A stretch of 64,000 bases of DNA. It comes from an uncultured Planctomycetota bacterium. Lineage in GTDB: Bacteria > Planctomycetota > Planctomycetia > Isosphaerales > Isosphaeraceae. Shown piece by piece: positions 1-9,186 of this stretch. The position numbers were made by a program, and so were the translations under genes. The notes beneath the pieces were generated by a model. The model was given only the letters and a program-made list of their open reading frames with translations, did not search any database and had not been told where the DNA came from. Numbering within the stretch: position 1 is the first letter of the stretch; every line of letters begins with the position of its first letter. The DNA lies in contig CAWGMQ010000007.1 in NCBI GenBank assembly GCA_963823665.1, positions 896,001 to 960,000 of the forward strand. The letters are read 5' to 3'.

Positions 1-314
1 ACCTGTCGGCACGGCCCGTAATCGATTTCGGTCGTGTCTGCGATGATCAATTGACGCTCACCTGCTGTCTTCTTGGTAAGCTCCCAATGGTGACTGGCGA
101 TCGCTTGAAAGGTGACGTCCCCACAATCGAAGAAATTGTATGCGGCCCTCAGATCATTCCAGGATTCGGTTTGCTGAGGAAAACTCCCGGACGGATCTGC
201 GGCGATCTGCGTTGCCAACAGAACGAGTCGTTTGGTACGGCGTTCGTCATGAAGATCAGTGGTGGCGAATTGGGTCATGGCCCAAGTCTGCGCATCTGAA
301 AGAAAGGCGTCCAT
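1..314 (-). CDS. IS4-family (IS50/Tn5-like) transposase, N-terminal part; runs off window start
   Basis: Not in the ORF track. Manual translation from ATG 314 gives MDAFLSDAQTWAMTQFATTDLHDERRTKRLVLLATQIAADPSGSFPQQTESWNDLRAAYNFF...LIIADTTEIDY. This matches the Tn5-type DNA-binding domain plus the first catalytic D (DTT). Confidence 0.85.
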   Translation of the reverse strand, partial: MDAFLSDAQTWAMTQFATTDLHDERRTKRLVLLATQIAADPSGSFPQQTESWNDLRAAYNFFDCGDVTFQAIASHHWELTKKTAGERQLIIADTTEIDYGPCRQ

Positions 315-460
315 CCGAGGCTCCGGCGGTTGAAACGCGATCCCTCCCCCCCACCTCAGCGTGTGGCTTGGCTTGATATTACCAGGTGCGAAGCGAGAAA
401 AGCCGGGAAAAGGCCGGGGAAGCGCACCTATGACCACCAGAAAATGATGGTAAGGACAAA
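1..460 (-). mobile_element. IS4-family element, left part; end probably near 445-460
   Basis: The transposase lies upstream, and similarity to the 6482-6521 repeat begins abruptly at 461. The terminal IR cannot be confirmed because the other end is outside the window. Confidence 0.55.
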
Positions 461-500
461 GGCTGAAGCCCGTGGCTATTGACCGGCGCCCCGTTGGGGC
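461..500 (+). repeat. REP-like 40-bp repeat, copy 1
   Basis: ggctgaagcccgtggctattgaccggcgccccgttggggc is 39/40 identical to 6482-6521 and contains a gcccc-gtt-ggggc hairpin. Confidence 0.85.
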
Positions 501-664
501 GGGGATTCGGGTCGCGCACGGGTTCGGATCAAGGATTGTCTCGGACCGACTGGCACCGCGAGGATCTCCGCAGGTTCTTGCAGCCGGTGCTCGATCCATT
601 CGTGGCGAAGCGTTGGCAGCGACTTGCTGGAGCATTGACTTGCTGGAGCATTCTCGAAAGGCTA

Positions 665-681
665 ATATTGGAGTTCGATAT
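665..681. promoter_or_regulatory. Imperfect palindrome, possible PadR operator
   Basis: atattgga-g-ttcgatat (6/8 arm match) lies just before the RBS of the PadR gene. Confidence 0.3.
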
Positions 682-696
682 CGGAGGCCGAAAGTT

Positions 697-1071
697 GTGA
701 GCGAGTTGCTGACCAAGATGTTCTTCGGCGGGTTCGTGCGAATGCACGTGCTTTACCACGCCGTGAAGGAGCCTATTTTCGGCGTGGAGATGATGGAGGA
801 GCTTGGGCGGCATGGTTATGACGTCGGTGCGGGGACACTTTACCCGATGCTCCACGGGCTCGAAGAGGCCGGCTACCTGTCCGTGCACACAGAAGTTGTG
901 GCCGGCAAGCAGCGGAAGTACTACCGGGCCACGCCCCTCGGGGAGGCCGCCCTTCGAGAGACCAAGGTCAAGCTGCGGGAGCTTGTTTCCGAGGTGCTTC
1001 ACGACAAGCCGCCCAAACCTTCAATCCAGCTCGACCAAGCGACGGGGAATCGGCGCAAAACGAAACCTTGA
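697..1071 (+). CDS. PadR-family transcriptional regulator
   Basis: Motifs G.EMMEEL.RHGY..GAGTLYPMLH.LE..GYL and RKYY..T..G. GTG start follows GGAGG (683-687). Confidence 0.9.
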   Translation: MSELLTKMFFGGFVRMHVLYHAVKEPIFGVEMMEELGRHGYDVGAGTLYPMLHGLEEAGYLSVHTEVVAGKQRKYYRATPLGEAALRETKVKLRELVSEVLHDKPPKPSIQLDQATGNRRKTKP

Positions 1072-1094
1072 TCGTAACCGAGGAGAGTCCGAAT

Positions 1095-1643
1095 ATGATC
1101 CAGGCTCGCGTGGCGTCGGTCGTGCTGTCTTTCCTCTTGGTGATGTTCTCAAGCGGTTGCGAGCGATCGTCGCCCGCGGCATCTTCGCAGACCCCGCCCG
1201 AGGACTTGGCCGCTCGCGTCAAGGCGGTCGAGGATCTGATCCCCTCCCAGTCGCACATGATGGCGGACGTCGGCGATCACTTTACGAACCTCTGGTTCGC
1301 CGGAGAGGCCGAGAACTGGCCGCTGGCTGACTTCTACCTCGGCGAGACCAAGGCGCACCTACGGTGGGCAGTGCGCCGCATCCCGATCCGCAAGGACAAT
1401 AAGGGTCGCGACATCAACCTGGGGAACATCCTCGCTGCCTTCGAGAACAGCCAGCTCACGCAATTAAAAGGCAGGATCGACGGCAAGGACAAGGCCGGCT
1501 TCGAGAAGGTCTACAAGGAGAGCCTTGCGACGTGCTATTCGTGCCACAAGGCGGTTGATAAGCCATACCTTCGGCCTCAGGTGCCAACCGAACCCGCGTC
1601 GCGTATTATCAATTTCGACCCCAAGGCCACCTGGCCTCTCTGA
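1095..1643 (+). CDS. Lipoprotein with C-terminal c-type heme motif (helical cytochrome c'-like)
   Basis: Lipobox FSSGC after a hydrophobic stretch, CYSCH (CxxCH) near the C-terminus, and RBS AGGAG. Confidence 0.7.
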   Translation: MIQARVASVVLSFLLVMFSSGCERSSPAASSQTPPEDLAARVKAVEDLIPSQSHMMADVGDHFTNLWFAGEAENWPLADFYLGETKAHLRWAVRRIPIRKDNKGRDINLGNILAAFENSQLTQLKGRIDGKDKAGFEKVYKESLATCYSCHKAVDKPYLRPQVPTEPASRIINFDPKATWPL

Positions 1644-1712
1644 AGTGACGGACCAGCACCCACCAGCCGGACATGACACGGCCGCAATTTAGCGCCGGAA
1701 TGGATCGAGCCC

Positions 1713-4700
1713 ATGAACCCGATCGTCTTCGCCCTGCGGCGGCCAATGACCGTCATGGTGCTCGTGGTTGCCGTGGCGCTGGGAAGCATCCTGGCGGTGA
1801 CGCGGATGCCGATCGACATCTTCCCTAATTTGAATCTGCCCGTCGTCTATGTCGCCCAGCCGTTTGGCGGCATGGACCCGGCCCAGATGGAGGGACTCCT
1901 GACCAACTACTACGAGTACCACTTCCTTTATATCAACGGCATCCACCACGTCGAGAGCCGGAACATCCAGGGCATGGCGCTGATGAAGCTCTACTTCCAC
2001 CCGGGCACGAACATGGCCCAGGCCATGGCCGAGGTGATCGGTTACGTGACCCGGTCGCGGGCCTTCATGCCGCCGGGGACAGTGTCTCCGTTCATCACCC
2101 GGTTCGACGCCGGCAGCGTGCCGGTCGGCTACCTGGTGCTTTCCAGCGAGACGAGGTCGATCGGCGAGATTCAAGATCAGGCGATCTTCAAGGTCCGGCC
2201 CATGTTCGCCAGTTTGGCGGGCGTCTCCGCGCCGCCCCCGTTCGGCGGCAGTCAGCGGACGGTGGTCGTGCGCGTGGATCCCGATCGGCTGAGGGCCTAC
2301 CGGATGTCGCCCGACGAGGTGATCGGCGCACTCAACGCCGGAAACACGATCAGCCCCTCGGGTACGGTCCGCATCGGCAAGATGATGCCCATCGTGCCGA
2401 TCAACGCCCTGGCCCGAAGGGTTCAGGAGCTGGAGACGATCCCGATCCGCCCGGGGCAAGACCCGACCGTCTACATCCGTGACGTTGCGACGGTGAAGGA
2501 CGCCAGTGATATCCCGACGGGCTATGCCCTGGTGAACGGTCGACGCGCCGTTTACATCCTCGTGACCAAGCGGGCCGACGCCTCCACGCTCTCGGTCGTC
2601 AACAACGTCAAGAAAGCTCTGCCGGGCATGCAGGCGGTGCTGCCCGACGACATCAAGGTCAGTTTCGAGTTCGACCAGTCGCCTACAGTCACCAACGCCG
2701 TTCGCAGCCTGGTGACCGAGGGCGCGCTGGGGGCCGTGCTGACCGGGTTGATGGTCCTGCTTTTCCTGCGGGACTGGCGGAGCGTGATCGTCGTCGTCCT
2801 CAACATCCCCTTTGCACTGTGCGGCGCGCTCGTAGCGATGTGGCTGAGCGGGCAGACGATCAACCTGATGACGCTGGGCGGACTGGCGCTGGCCATCGGC
2901 ATCCTGGTCGATGAATCCACCGTCGAGGTTGAGAACATCCACCACCAGATGGAGGGGACATCCTCGGTCGCCCGCGCGGTCCGGCGCGGCAACCAGCAGA
3001 CTGCAATCCCCCGGCTGCTGGCGATGCTTTGTGTGCTGGCGGTGTTTATTCCATCGTTCTTCATGCAAGGAGCGGCCCAGGCGCTCTTCGTCCCGCTGTC
3101 ACTGGCCGTCGGCTTCGCCATGGTGACTTCGTATCTCCTCTCCAGCACCTTCGTGCCGGTCCTGTCCACGTGGCTGCTGCGTCATCATCACCATCTCGGG
3201 GCCAAGGGAGAACGGCGCGGTAGCTCCCTGTTCGAGCGCGGACGCGACGCCTATGGCCGGGCCGTCGGCGCCCTGGTGCGCGGGCGGTGGGTGATCGTGC
3301 CGGCATACCTGGCCGGTAGCCTCGCGGTGATCGTGCTCGTAGGCCGGTCACTCGGCCTGGAGATCTTCCCCAAGGTCGACGCCGGCCGGTTCCAGCTCCG
3401 GATGCGGGCGCCGGACGGCACGCGATATGAGGAGACCGAGCGACTGGCGATCGCGGCCTTGGACTCAATCCGCAATGAGGTCGGGCGCGACAAGGTGGCG
3501 ATCTCGATCGGCTATGTGGGGCTGATCCCATCGAGTTATCCGATCAATGCCATCTACCAGTGGACCGGCGGCCCGGAGGAGGCCATTCTGCGGGTGGCCA
3601 TGAAGGAGGGGGCGAGGGTCGACATCGAACGGCTCAAGGAGCGGTTGCGCCGGGAGCTTTCGGTGCAATTGCCAGGCGTGCGGCTCTCGTTCGAGCCTGC
3701 GGACATCGTCAGCGAGGTGATGAGCTTTGGCTCGCCGACACCGGTCGACGTCGCTGTCACCGGGCCGAACCTCGCCGATGACCGTGCGTTCGCCGAGAAA
3801 CTGCGGAACGAGCTGGGCCAGATCGCCTCGCTGCGCGACCTCCACTACGGCCAGTCACTCGACTACCCCACGATCAGCATCGACGTGGACCGCGAGCGCG
3901 CCGGCCTCTCTGGCGTGACCGCCTCGGACATCGCCCGCTCGGTCGTGGCGGCCACGTCCTCCAGTCGGTTCATGGTTCCGAATTACTGGCCCGACCCGAA
4001 GACCGGCATCGGCTACCAGGTGCAAGTCGAGATTCCCTATCAGGTCATGGACAGCATCGAGAGCATCGAGACGGTACCCATTCAGAGGCCCGGCCTGGAC
4101 CGGCAGATCCTGCTCCGCGATGTCGCGCAGGTCCGCCCGGGGACGATGCCGGGCGAATACGACCGCTATAACATGAAGCGGTCGGTGAGCTTGACCGCCA
4201 ACATTTTCGGCGAGGATCTGGGGAGGATCGCGGGCCACGTCGAGCGGGCGATCGCCCGGGCGGGAGCGCCTCCCAAGGGGGCGGTTGTCGACGTGCGGGG
4301 GCAGATCCGGCCGATGCAGGAGATCCTCCAGGGCCTGGCGATCGGCCTGGGGATGTCAATCGTCGTGATCCTGTTGCTGCTCTCGGCAAACTTCCAATCG
4401 GTCAAGCTCGCCCTGATCGTGGTCTCGACCACGCCGGCGGTCATCGCCGGAGTCGTGCTCATGCTGTGGCTCACGGCGACAACGGTGAACCTCCAGTCGT
4501 TCATGGGGTCGATCATGGCCATCGGCGTGGCGGTCGCCAACGCGATCTTGCTGGTGACGTTTGCCGAGCAGCACCGCCGCGACCTTGGTGCGGAGGCAGG
4601 GCAGGCGGCTACGGAAGGCGCGAAGGGCCGGCTCCGTCCCATTCTGATGACCAGTTGCGCGATGACCGCCGGCATGGCTCCGATGGCGCTGGGATGGAGC

Positions 4701-4985
4701 GAGGGGAGCGAGCAGACCGCCCCGCTGGCTCGCGCCGTCATCGGCGGATTGGTCGCCGCGACGATCGCGACCCTGACCGTGCTCCCGACCGTCTTCGCGC
4801 TGGTCCAGGGCTGGGCGGGCCGGGAGTCGGCATCGCTGGATCCCGACGATCCCGCGAGCACGCATTACCACGAAGAGGAAGCCGAGGCGAGCGAGATGGC
4901 TCGGGCGTCGGCCAACGGCGAGCCGCAGGTTCACCAACTTCAAAGTCGAGCTGCCGACCCGTCGCCCGCGAGCCACAAACCATGA
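1713..4985 (+). CDS. RND efflux permease (AcrB/CusA family)
   Basis: 1090 aa; [26 protein letters not shown] and RLRPILMT motifs. Confidence 0.97.
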   Translation: MNPIVFALRRPMTVMVLVVAVALGSILAVTRMPIDIFPNLNLPVVYVAQPFGGMDPAQMEGLLTNYYEYHFLYINGIHHVESRNIQGMALMKLYFHPGTNMAQAMAEVIGYVTRSRAFMPPGTVSPFITRFDAGSVPVGYLVLSSETRSIGEIQDQAIFKVRPMFASLAGVSAPPPFGGSQRTVVVRVDPDRLRAYRMSPDEVIGALNAGNTISPSGTVRIGKMMPIVPINALARRVQELETIPIRPGQDPTVYIRDVATVKDASDIPTGYALVNGRRAVYILVTKRADASTLSVVNNVKKALPGMQAVLPDDIKVSFEFDQSPTVTNAVRSLVTEGALGAVLTGLMVLLFLRDWRSVIVVVLNIPFALCGALVAMWLSGQTINLMTLGGLALAIGILVDESTVEVENIHHQMEGTSSVARAVRRGNQQTAIPRLLAMLCVLAVFIPSFFMQGAAQALFVPLSLAVGFAMVTSYLLSSTFVPVLSTWLLRHHHHLGAKGERRGSSLFERGRDAYGRAVGALVRGRWVIVPAYLAGSLAVIVLVGRSLGLEIFPKVDAGRFQLRMRAPDGTRYEETERLAIAALDSIRNEVGRDKVAISIGYVGLIPSSYPINAIYQWTGGPEEAILRVAMKEGARVDIERLKERLRRELSVQLPGVRLSFEPADIVSEVMSFGSPTPVDVAVTGPNLADDRAFAEKLRNELGQIASLRDLHYGQSLDYPTISIDVDRERAGLSGVTASDIARSVVAATSSSRFMVPNYWPDPKTGIGYQVQVEIPYQVMDSIESIETVPIQRPGLDRQILLRDVAQVRPGTMPGEYDRYNMKRSVSLTANIFGEDLGRIAGHVERAIARAGAPPKGAVVDVRGQIRPMQEILQGLAIGLGMSIVVILLLLSANFQSVKLALIVVSTTPAVIAGVVLMLWLTATTVNLQSFMGSIMAIGVAVANAILLVTFAEQHRRDLGAEAGQAATEGAKGRLRPILMTSCAMTAGMAPMALGWSEGSEQTAPLARAVIGGLVAATIATLTVLPTVFALVQGWAGRESASLDPDDPASTHYHEEEAEASEMARASANGEPQVHQLQSRAADPSPASHKP

Positions 4986-6355
4986 GGTTAAACCCCCGGG
5001 TAATGAACATCATGCCCCGCGCCCAGCTTTGTCCACTGACCGCCTTGGCGACCGGTTTTCTGCTCGCGATTGCCACCGGATGTGAGGGCACCTCGGAGGG
5101 CAAGGCCGGACCTTCGGCGCAGCCCGCGAGATCGGTCGAGATCGTCAGGCCCGAGAGACACACCATCCGCCGTAGTGTGAGCGAACCGGGCGAGCTCGAG
5201 GCGTTCGAGACCACGGCCATTCACGCCAAGATCGCCGGCTACGTCACAAACTGGTCGGTCAACATCGGCACTGCGGTCAAGAAGGGCCAGGTCCTGGCGG
5301 AGCTTTCAGTCCCTGAGCTAGACGCTGAACTGAAGCAGGAGGAGGCTGCGGTCGAACACGCAATTGCCAAGCACAAGCAGGCCGCGGCTGCGGTCAAGGT
5401 GGCCGAGGCCAACGTGGCGGGAGCCCAGGCGAGACTCGTCGACGTCCGGGCCGGCAAGGGGAGAGTCGAGGCCGACCTCGCCCGCTGGCAATCCGAGTTT
5501 CACCGCATCGAGCAACTGTATGCGGCCCGAGCACAGACAGGAAGCCTGCTCGACGAAACTCGGAGCAAGGTCCGCTCCTCGGAGGCCGCCTGCGACGAAA
5601 TCTCGGCGCAGATCAAGACAGCGGAAGTGGCCATAACCCAGAGTCAAGCCGCACTCGAAGCGACCCATTCGGACGTCGTCGCCGCGGCTGCCGGCATCGA
5701 TGTCGCCAAGGCGGACGTCGGGACTGCCCTTGCAAACCTCGCCTACACGAAGATCAAAGCGCCCTTCGACGGAATCGTCACGCAGCGAAACGTCAACACC
5801 GGCGACCTGACTCAGCCCGGGGCCGACAAGCCCCCGCTGTTCATTGTCGCCCGGTCCGACATCATGACGATCAGGGTGAATGTGCCCGAAGCGTTCGCGG
5901 CGGAGGTCAACACCGGCGACCGCGCCACGGTGAGGCTACAGGAGCTGAAGGGCAAGACCGTCGTTGGGAAGGTCACGCGGGTCTCGTGGGCGATTGATCC
6001 CAAGGTGCGGACGCTTCGCGTCGAGATCGATATTCCTAACCCGGGTGCGAAGCTTCAGCCGGGGCTCTACGCGTACGCGACGGTCATCGCCGAGGAGCAC
6101 CCTGATGTTCTCACCCTGCCCGTGACCGCCATTGTGAGTGAACAGGGGAAGGATTACTGCGTTGCGATCGTTGCTGGCAAGGCGGCTCGGCGCGCGATCC
6201 AGGTCGGGCTCAGCGACGGCACGCGGACCGAAGTCGTCTCGGGACTGGACGGGCGCGAAGCGGTCGTGACGGCCAACGCGGCCTCGCTCGCGGACGGACA
6301 ACCCGTGGAAGTTGTTGATCCGGCGAATCCGCCGCCGAAAAGCGCGAAAGGTTGA
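4982..6355 (+). CDS. RND periplasmic adaptor (membrane fusion protein)
   Basis: ATG overlaps the RND stop; lipobox [21 protein letters not shown], coiled coil, IKAPFDGIV. Confidence 0.95.
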   Translation: MRLNPRVMNIMPRAQLCPLTALATGFLLAIATGCEGTSEGKAGPSAQPARSVEIVRPERHTIRRSVSEPGELEAFETTAIHAKIAGYVTNWSVNIGTAVKKGQVLAELSVPELDAELKQEEAAVEHAIAKHKQAAAAVKVAEANVAGAQARLVDVRAGKGRVEADLARWQSEFHRIEQLYAARAQTGSLLDETRSKVRSSEAACDEISAQIKTAEVAITQSQAALEATHSDVVAAAAGIDVAKADVGTALANLAYTKIKAPFDGIVTQRNVNTGDLTQPGADKPPLFIVARSDIMTIRVNVPEAFAAEVNTGDRATVRLQELKGKTVVGKVTRVSWAIDPKVRTLRVEIDIPNPGAKLQPGLYAYATVIAEEHPDVLTLPVTAIVSEQGKDYCVAIVAGKAARRAIQVGLSDGTRTEVVSGLDGREAVVTANAASLADGQPVEVVDPANPPPKSAKG

Positions 6356-6481
6356 GCGGCAGGCGGATTATGTTGCGCAAGTTTCCGGGTCCGGTGGTGC
6401 GGCCGGTATCTGGTCATAGGCCATTGGAATGATGATATGAAGTTGTCAGTCAACCAGCGCACCGTAATGCGGAGGGCCAAG

Positions 6482-6521
6482 GGCTGAAGCCCGTGGCTAC
6501 TGACCGGCGCCCCGTTGGGGC
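6482..6521 (+). repeat. REP-like 40-bp repeat, copy 2
   Basis: Direct repeat of 461-500. Confidence 0.85.
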
Positions 6522-6611
6522 AGGGTGATGGCGCCCTTGGTGTCGTTGGCAGTGTTTACGCGAACGCCATGCATGAATCACAGGCCGTTTGATCAAGCGC
6601 GCGGGCTGGCG

Positions 6612-7307
6612 TTATGGCTCGCGGATCTGGACTTTTCGGAATTGGACGCGGCCGCTGTGGCTCTGTAGTGCGATGTAGCCGTTGCGCGGCTTGTCCTTGG
6701 GGGCAGGCGCTGCGGCCGGCTTGCTCTTCACATCGGGGAGTTCGGACTGATCGGCCTCCAGGATCAAACGGCTATTGAGCCGGACGGTGATCCGGGGGCC
6801 GGCGCACACCAACTCGATCGTGTTCCACTCGGGGGCCGGCCGGGCGGGGTTGGCACTGGGGCTCTTGTAGCGATAGAGCGAGCCAGTGCCGTGCGCCGAG
6901 GGCGAACTGCCCGCGTCATCGAGCAACTGCACCTCGAAGGCGGCGTACGACGGGCGGGTCTCGCGCGATTGCGCGGGGTCGAACCGGCACGTCCGGATGC
7001 CGATCCCGCTGTTGGCTTGCGTTTTCGCGCCTGAAGCCGGGATGAACCGGTACTCAACCCGGAGGGTGAAGTCGCTGAACTGGCGGCGATCGTATCTGAG
7101 AAAGCCGAAGCCTTCGCCAAGGCAGGCGATTCGCCCGTCGATGACGGACCACATCATCTGGCCCGCCTTGTTCTTCGCCGGCCCTTCCACGAGCCAGCCT
7201 TCAAGGCTCTTGCCGTCGAAGAGGTCGCGGAATTCGTCGTCGGGCCCGGCGGCCGAGGAGACCAGGGTCAGCAACGCGGTGAGGGAGGCAAACATGGCTT
7301 GCATCAC
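6612..7307 (-). CDS. DUF1080 (3-keto-disaccharide hydrolase-like) secreted protein
   Basis: Signal peptide; LFDGKSLEGW, NSGIGIR, EVQLLD, WNTIEL and GYIALQSH...FRKV motifs. Confidence 0.9.
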   Translation of the reverse strand: MMQAMFASLTALLTLVSSAAGPDDEFRDLFDGKSLEGWLVEGPAKNKAGQMMWSVIDGRIACLGEGFGFLRYDRRQFSDFTLRVEYRFIPASGAKTQANSGIGIRTCRFDPAQSRETRPSYAAFEVQLLDDAGSSPSAHGTGSLYRYKSPSANPARPAPEWNTIELVCAGPRITVRLNSRLILEADQSELPDVKSKPAAAPAPKDKPRNGYIALQSHSGRVQFRKVQIREP

Positions 7308-7330
7308 TGAGTTACTCCGATCAATTCAAT

Positions 7331-7714
7331 TCAATCGAACCACTCATCCGCCGGGTCGAACGGCGGGATGACGACATTCAGGATGGTCATCCGCCCGACC
7401 GCCCGGTGCCTGACTCCCGGCGGAATCATCACCGCGAGACCTGACGTCACGGGCACTCGTTGGCTGTCGAGCTCGATCGCTGCGCCTGGGGAGCACTCGA
7501 GAATGTAGTAGATCTCGGTGTGCTCGCGGTGATAGTGGGTGAGGGCGTCGACCTCGATCTGGACGCGGTGGACACTGGCCGGAGCATTGGGGACGTCTGC
7601 GAACGCGCGACGGGCCCAGCCGCAGGGGCAGCGAACCGGATCGATCGTTGAGTAATCGGCGACGACGGCTGCGGCTGGATCTTCGGGTTTTACCTCGATC
7701 GTGTCGCGACTCAC
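7331..7714 (-). CDS. Cupin-domain protein
   Basis: CPCG, HYH...TEIYYILE and IPPGVRHRA cupin motifs. Confidence 0.9.
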   Translation of the reverse strand: MSRDTIEVKPEDPAAAVVADYSTIDPVRCPCGWARRAFADVPNAPASVHRVQIEVDALTHYHREHTEIYYILECSPGAAIELDSQRVPVTSGLAVMIPPGVRHRAVGRMTILNVVIPPFDPADEWFD

Positions 7715-7905
7715 GGCTCACCTCTGACTCGATGTCGTGTCGACGTTTCTGGTGCGGTAGCCTGGTGCGCTCCATGTAAAACAGCGGAGGCTAACGCCCG
7801 ACCGCGAGATACCAGTATATACGTTTGGGCTGTGGGATGGGCCCGCGATGGGGCAGGGCTGACAACGCGTGCGGGAAATGTTGTTTCTCGGTCTGTTCCT
7901 CCAAC

Positions 7906-8724
7906 TTAAAAGCTCTCTATCTCCTCCGGGCGAACATCGAGCCGAGCGGCGAGCACGGCCAGTGTCTTTGGGTGTGGCTTGCCCACTTCATTTCGTTCGA
8001 GGCGGGCGATTTCCTTGAGGGAAATCGGTGCGAAGTCACTGCGCTTCAGTCGACGTTGTTTCCGCAGCCTCATCAGCGATGCGCCAAAAGTGCGTTCGCT
8101 TTGCTGCCGGTGTTTTCTGAGCTTGCGCCGATAGTCAGGGTCAAGCTCGTAGAGGATCGCATCCGCCGACGCTTCGTAATCGCCCAAGGCAATGGTGCGG
8201 CCATAGTCGATCAGCATGAGCCGCGTGAAGTCAGGGGATGTTCCATCTCCTGATCGCGGGAAGATCGAGAACGGCGCGACCACCGCCGTCATGTCGCCGC
8301 GCAACAGCGTCAGCGCCTTCGACTTGAGATCAACACTTCCGCCGATAAACCGGTCGGCTACGTCCGCCATCACAATCGTTTCGACGAACTCATTTTTGGA
8401 AAGCCAATGGAATCCCTCGACCAGGCCGAATACCGGATGAAACAGGCCAAGCAATGCCGGAATGCTCTCCGGGCGCGGTGGTGTCAGCGTTATTAAATGC
8501 GACCCTCGAAGGTCGGCGCGGGAATCGACCGCTTCCTTCAGAAGGATGTCGGTGAAATCACTGGTAAAGGATATCCATGTTGCTTTTTTCGTCGGGTTGC
8601 TCATCGCCGCCTCTACCTCGGAGCGGTCGCGGCAGATAAGGATGCGATGGGGAACGTGCTTTTTTTTGAAAAGGCCTTTCTGAGATCCCAGGAGAATAAA
8701 CTTCTGCTCGAAACCAAGCATCAT
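7906..8724 (-). CDS. XRE HTH protein with DUF2442-like region, putative antitoxin
   Basis: C-terminal HTH (LMRLRKQRRL...IARLERNEVGKPHPKTL); DFTRLMLIDYGRTIAL resembles DUF2442; overlaps the upstream gene by 4 nt. Confidence 0.6.
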   Translation of the reverse strand: MMLGFEQKFILLGSQKGLFKKKHVPHRILICRDRSEVEAAMSNPTKKATWISFTSDFTDILLKEAVDSRADLRGSHLITLTPPRPESIPALLGLFHPVFGLVEGFHWLSKNEFVETIVMADVADRFIGGSVDLKSKALTLLRGDMTAVVAPFSIFPRSGDGTSPDFTRLMLIDYGRTIALGDYEASADAILYELDPDYRRKLRKHRQQSERTFGASLMRLRKQRRLKRSDFAPISLKEIARLERNEVGKPHPKTLAVLAARLDVRPEEIESF

Positions 8725-9023
8725 TCTTCATCTCCATCGTCTTCATCCTCGGCGCTAGATACCGGATTCTCCGGATACTTGGCGTCCCAGGCTGCTATCA
8801 AGCTGTCCCACTGGTCCTCGACGATCCGCATCACTTCCTCGTCGATATCCTTGATGCGTCCGCCCGGCGGCACGAGCAACGCCTTATTGCGGAGACCGAG
8901 TCGCCATTCGCGTGCCTTGTGCATGACCGTGACGTGCGGCGGCTCCACGCGCTCTTTCTCCCGACTCTTTGCCTTCCAGCCTTCGGCCTTGAGCTTTTTC
9001 GGGAGTGGCAGTTCAAACGGCAT
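8721..9023 (-). CDS. DUF4160-like small protein, putative toxin
   Basis: 100 aa with EPPHVTV and a late LIAAW motif; translationally coupled to the HTH gene. Confidence 0.55.
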   Translation of the reverse strand: MPFELPLPKKLKAEGWKAKSREKERVEPPHVTVMHKAREWRLGLRNKALLVPPGGRIKDIDEEVMRIVEDQWDSLIAAWDAKYPENPVSSAEDEDDGDEE

Positions 9024-9041
9024 CCATGCTCTCCGTGCATT

Positions 9042-9075
9042 ATGTCCCTTTATTCGGAGAATGTAAAGGGGACAT
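9042..9075. repeat. Inverted repeat atgtcccttt-N13-aaaggggacat upstream of the TA-like pair
   Basis: Visible palindrome; either an operator or a REP-like site. Confidence 0.55.
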
Positions 9076-9186
9076 TTCTATCAGTGACGTACCGCTGATG
9101 CGAGGCATAGTGCCCCGATTGCGCTGCCAGTGCAAGCTTCCTCTGCCGTTTCGTGGAAATGAACATCAGACGGATCGCGCAGTTGA

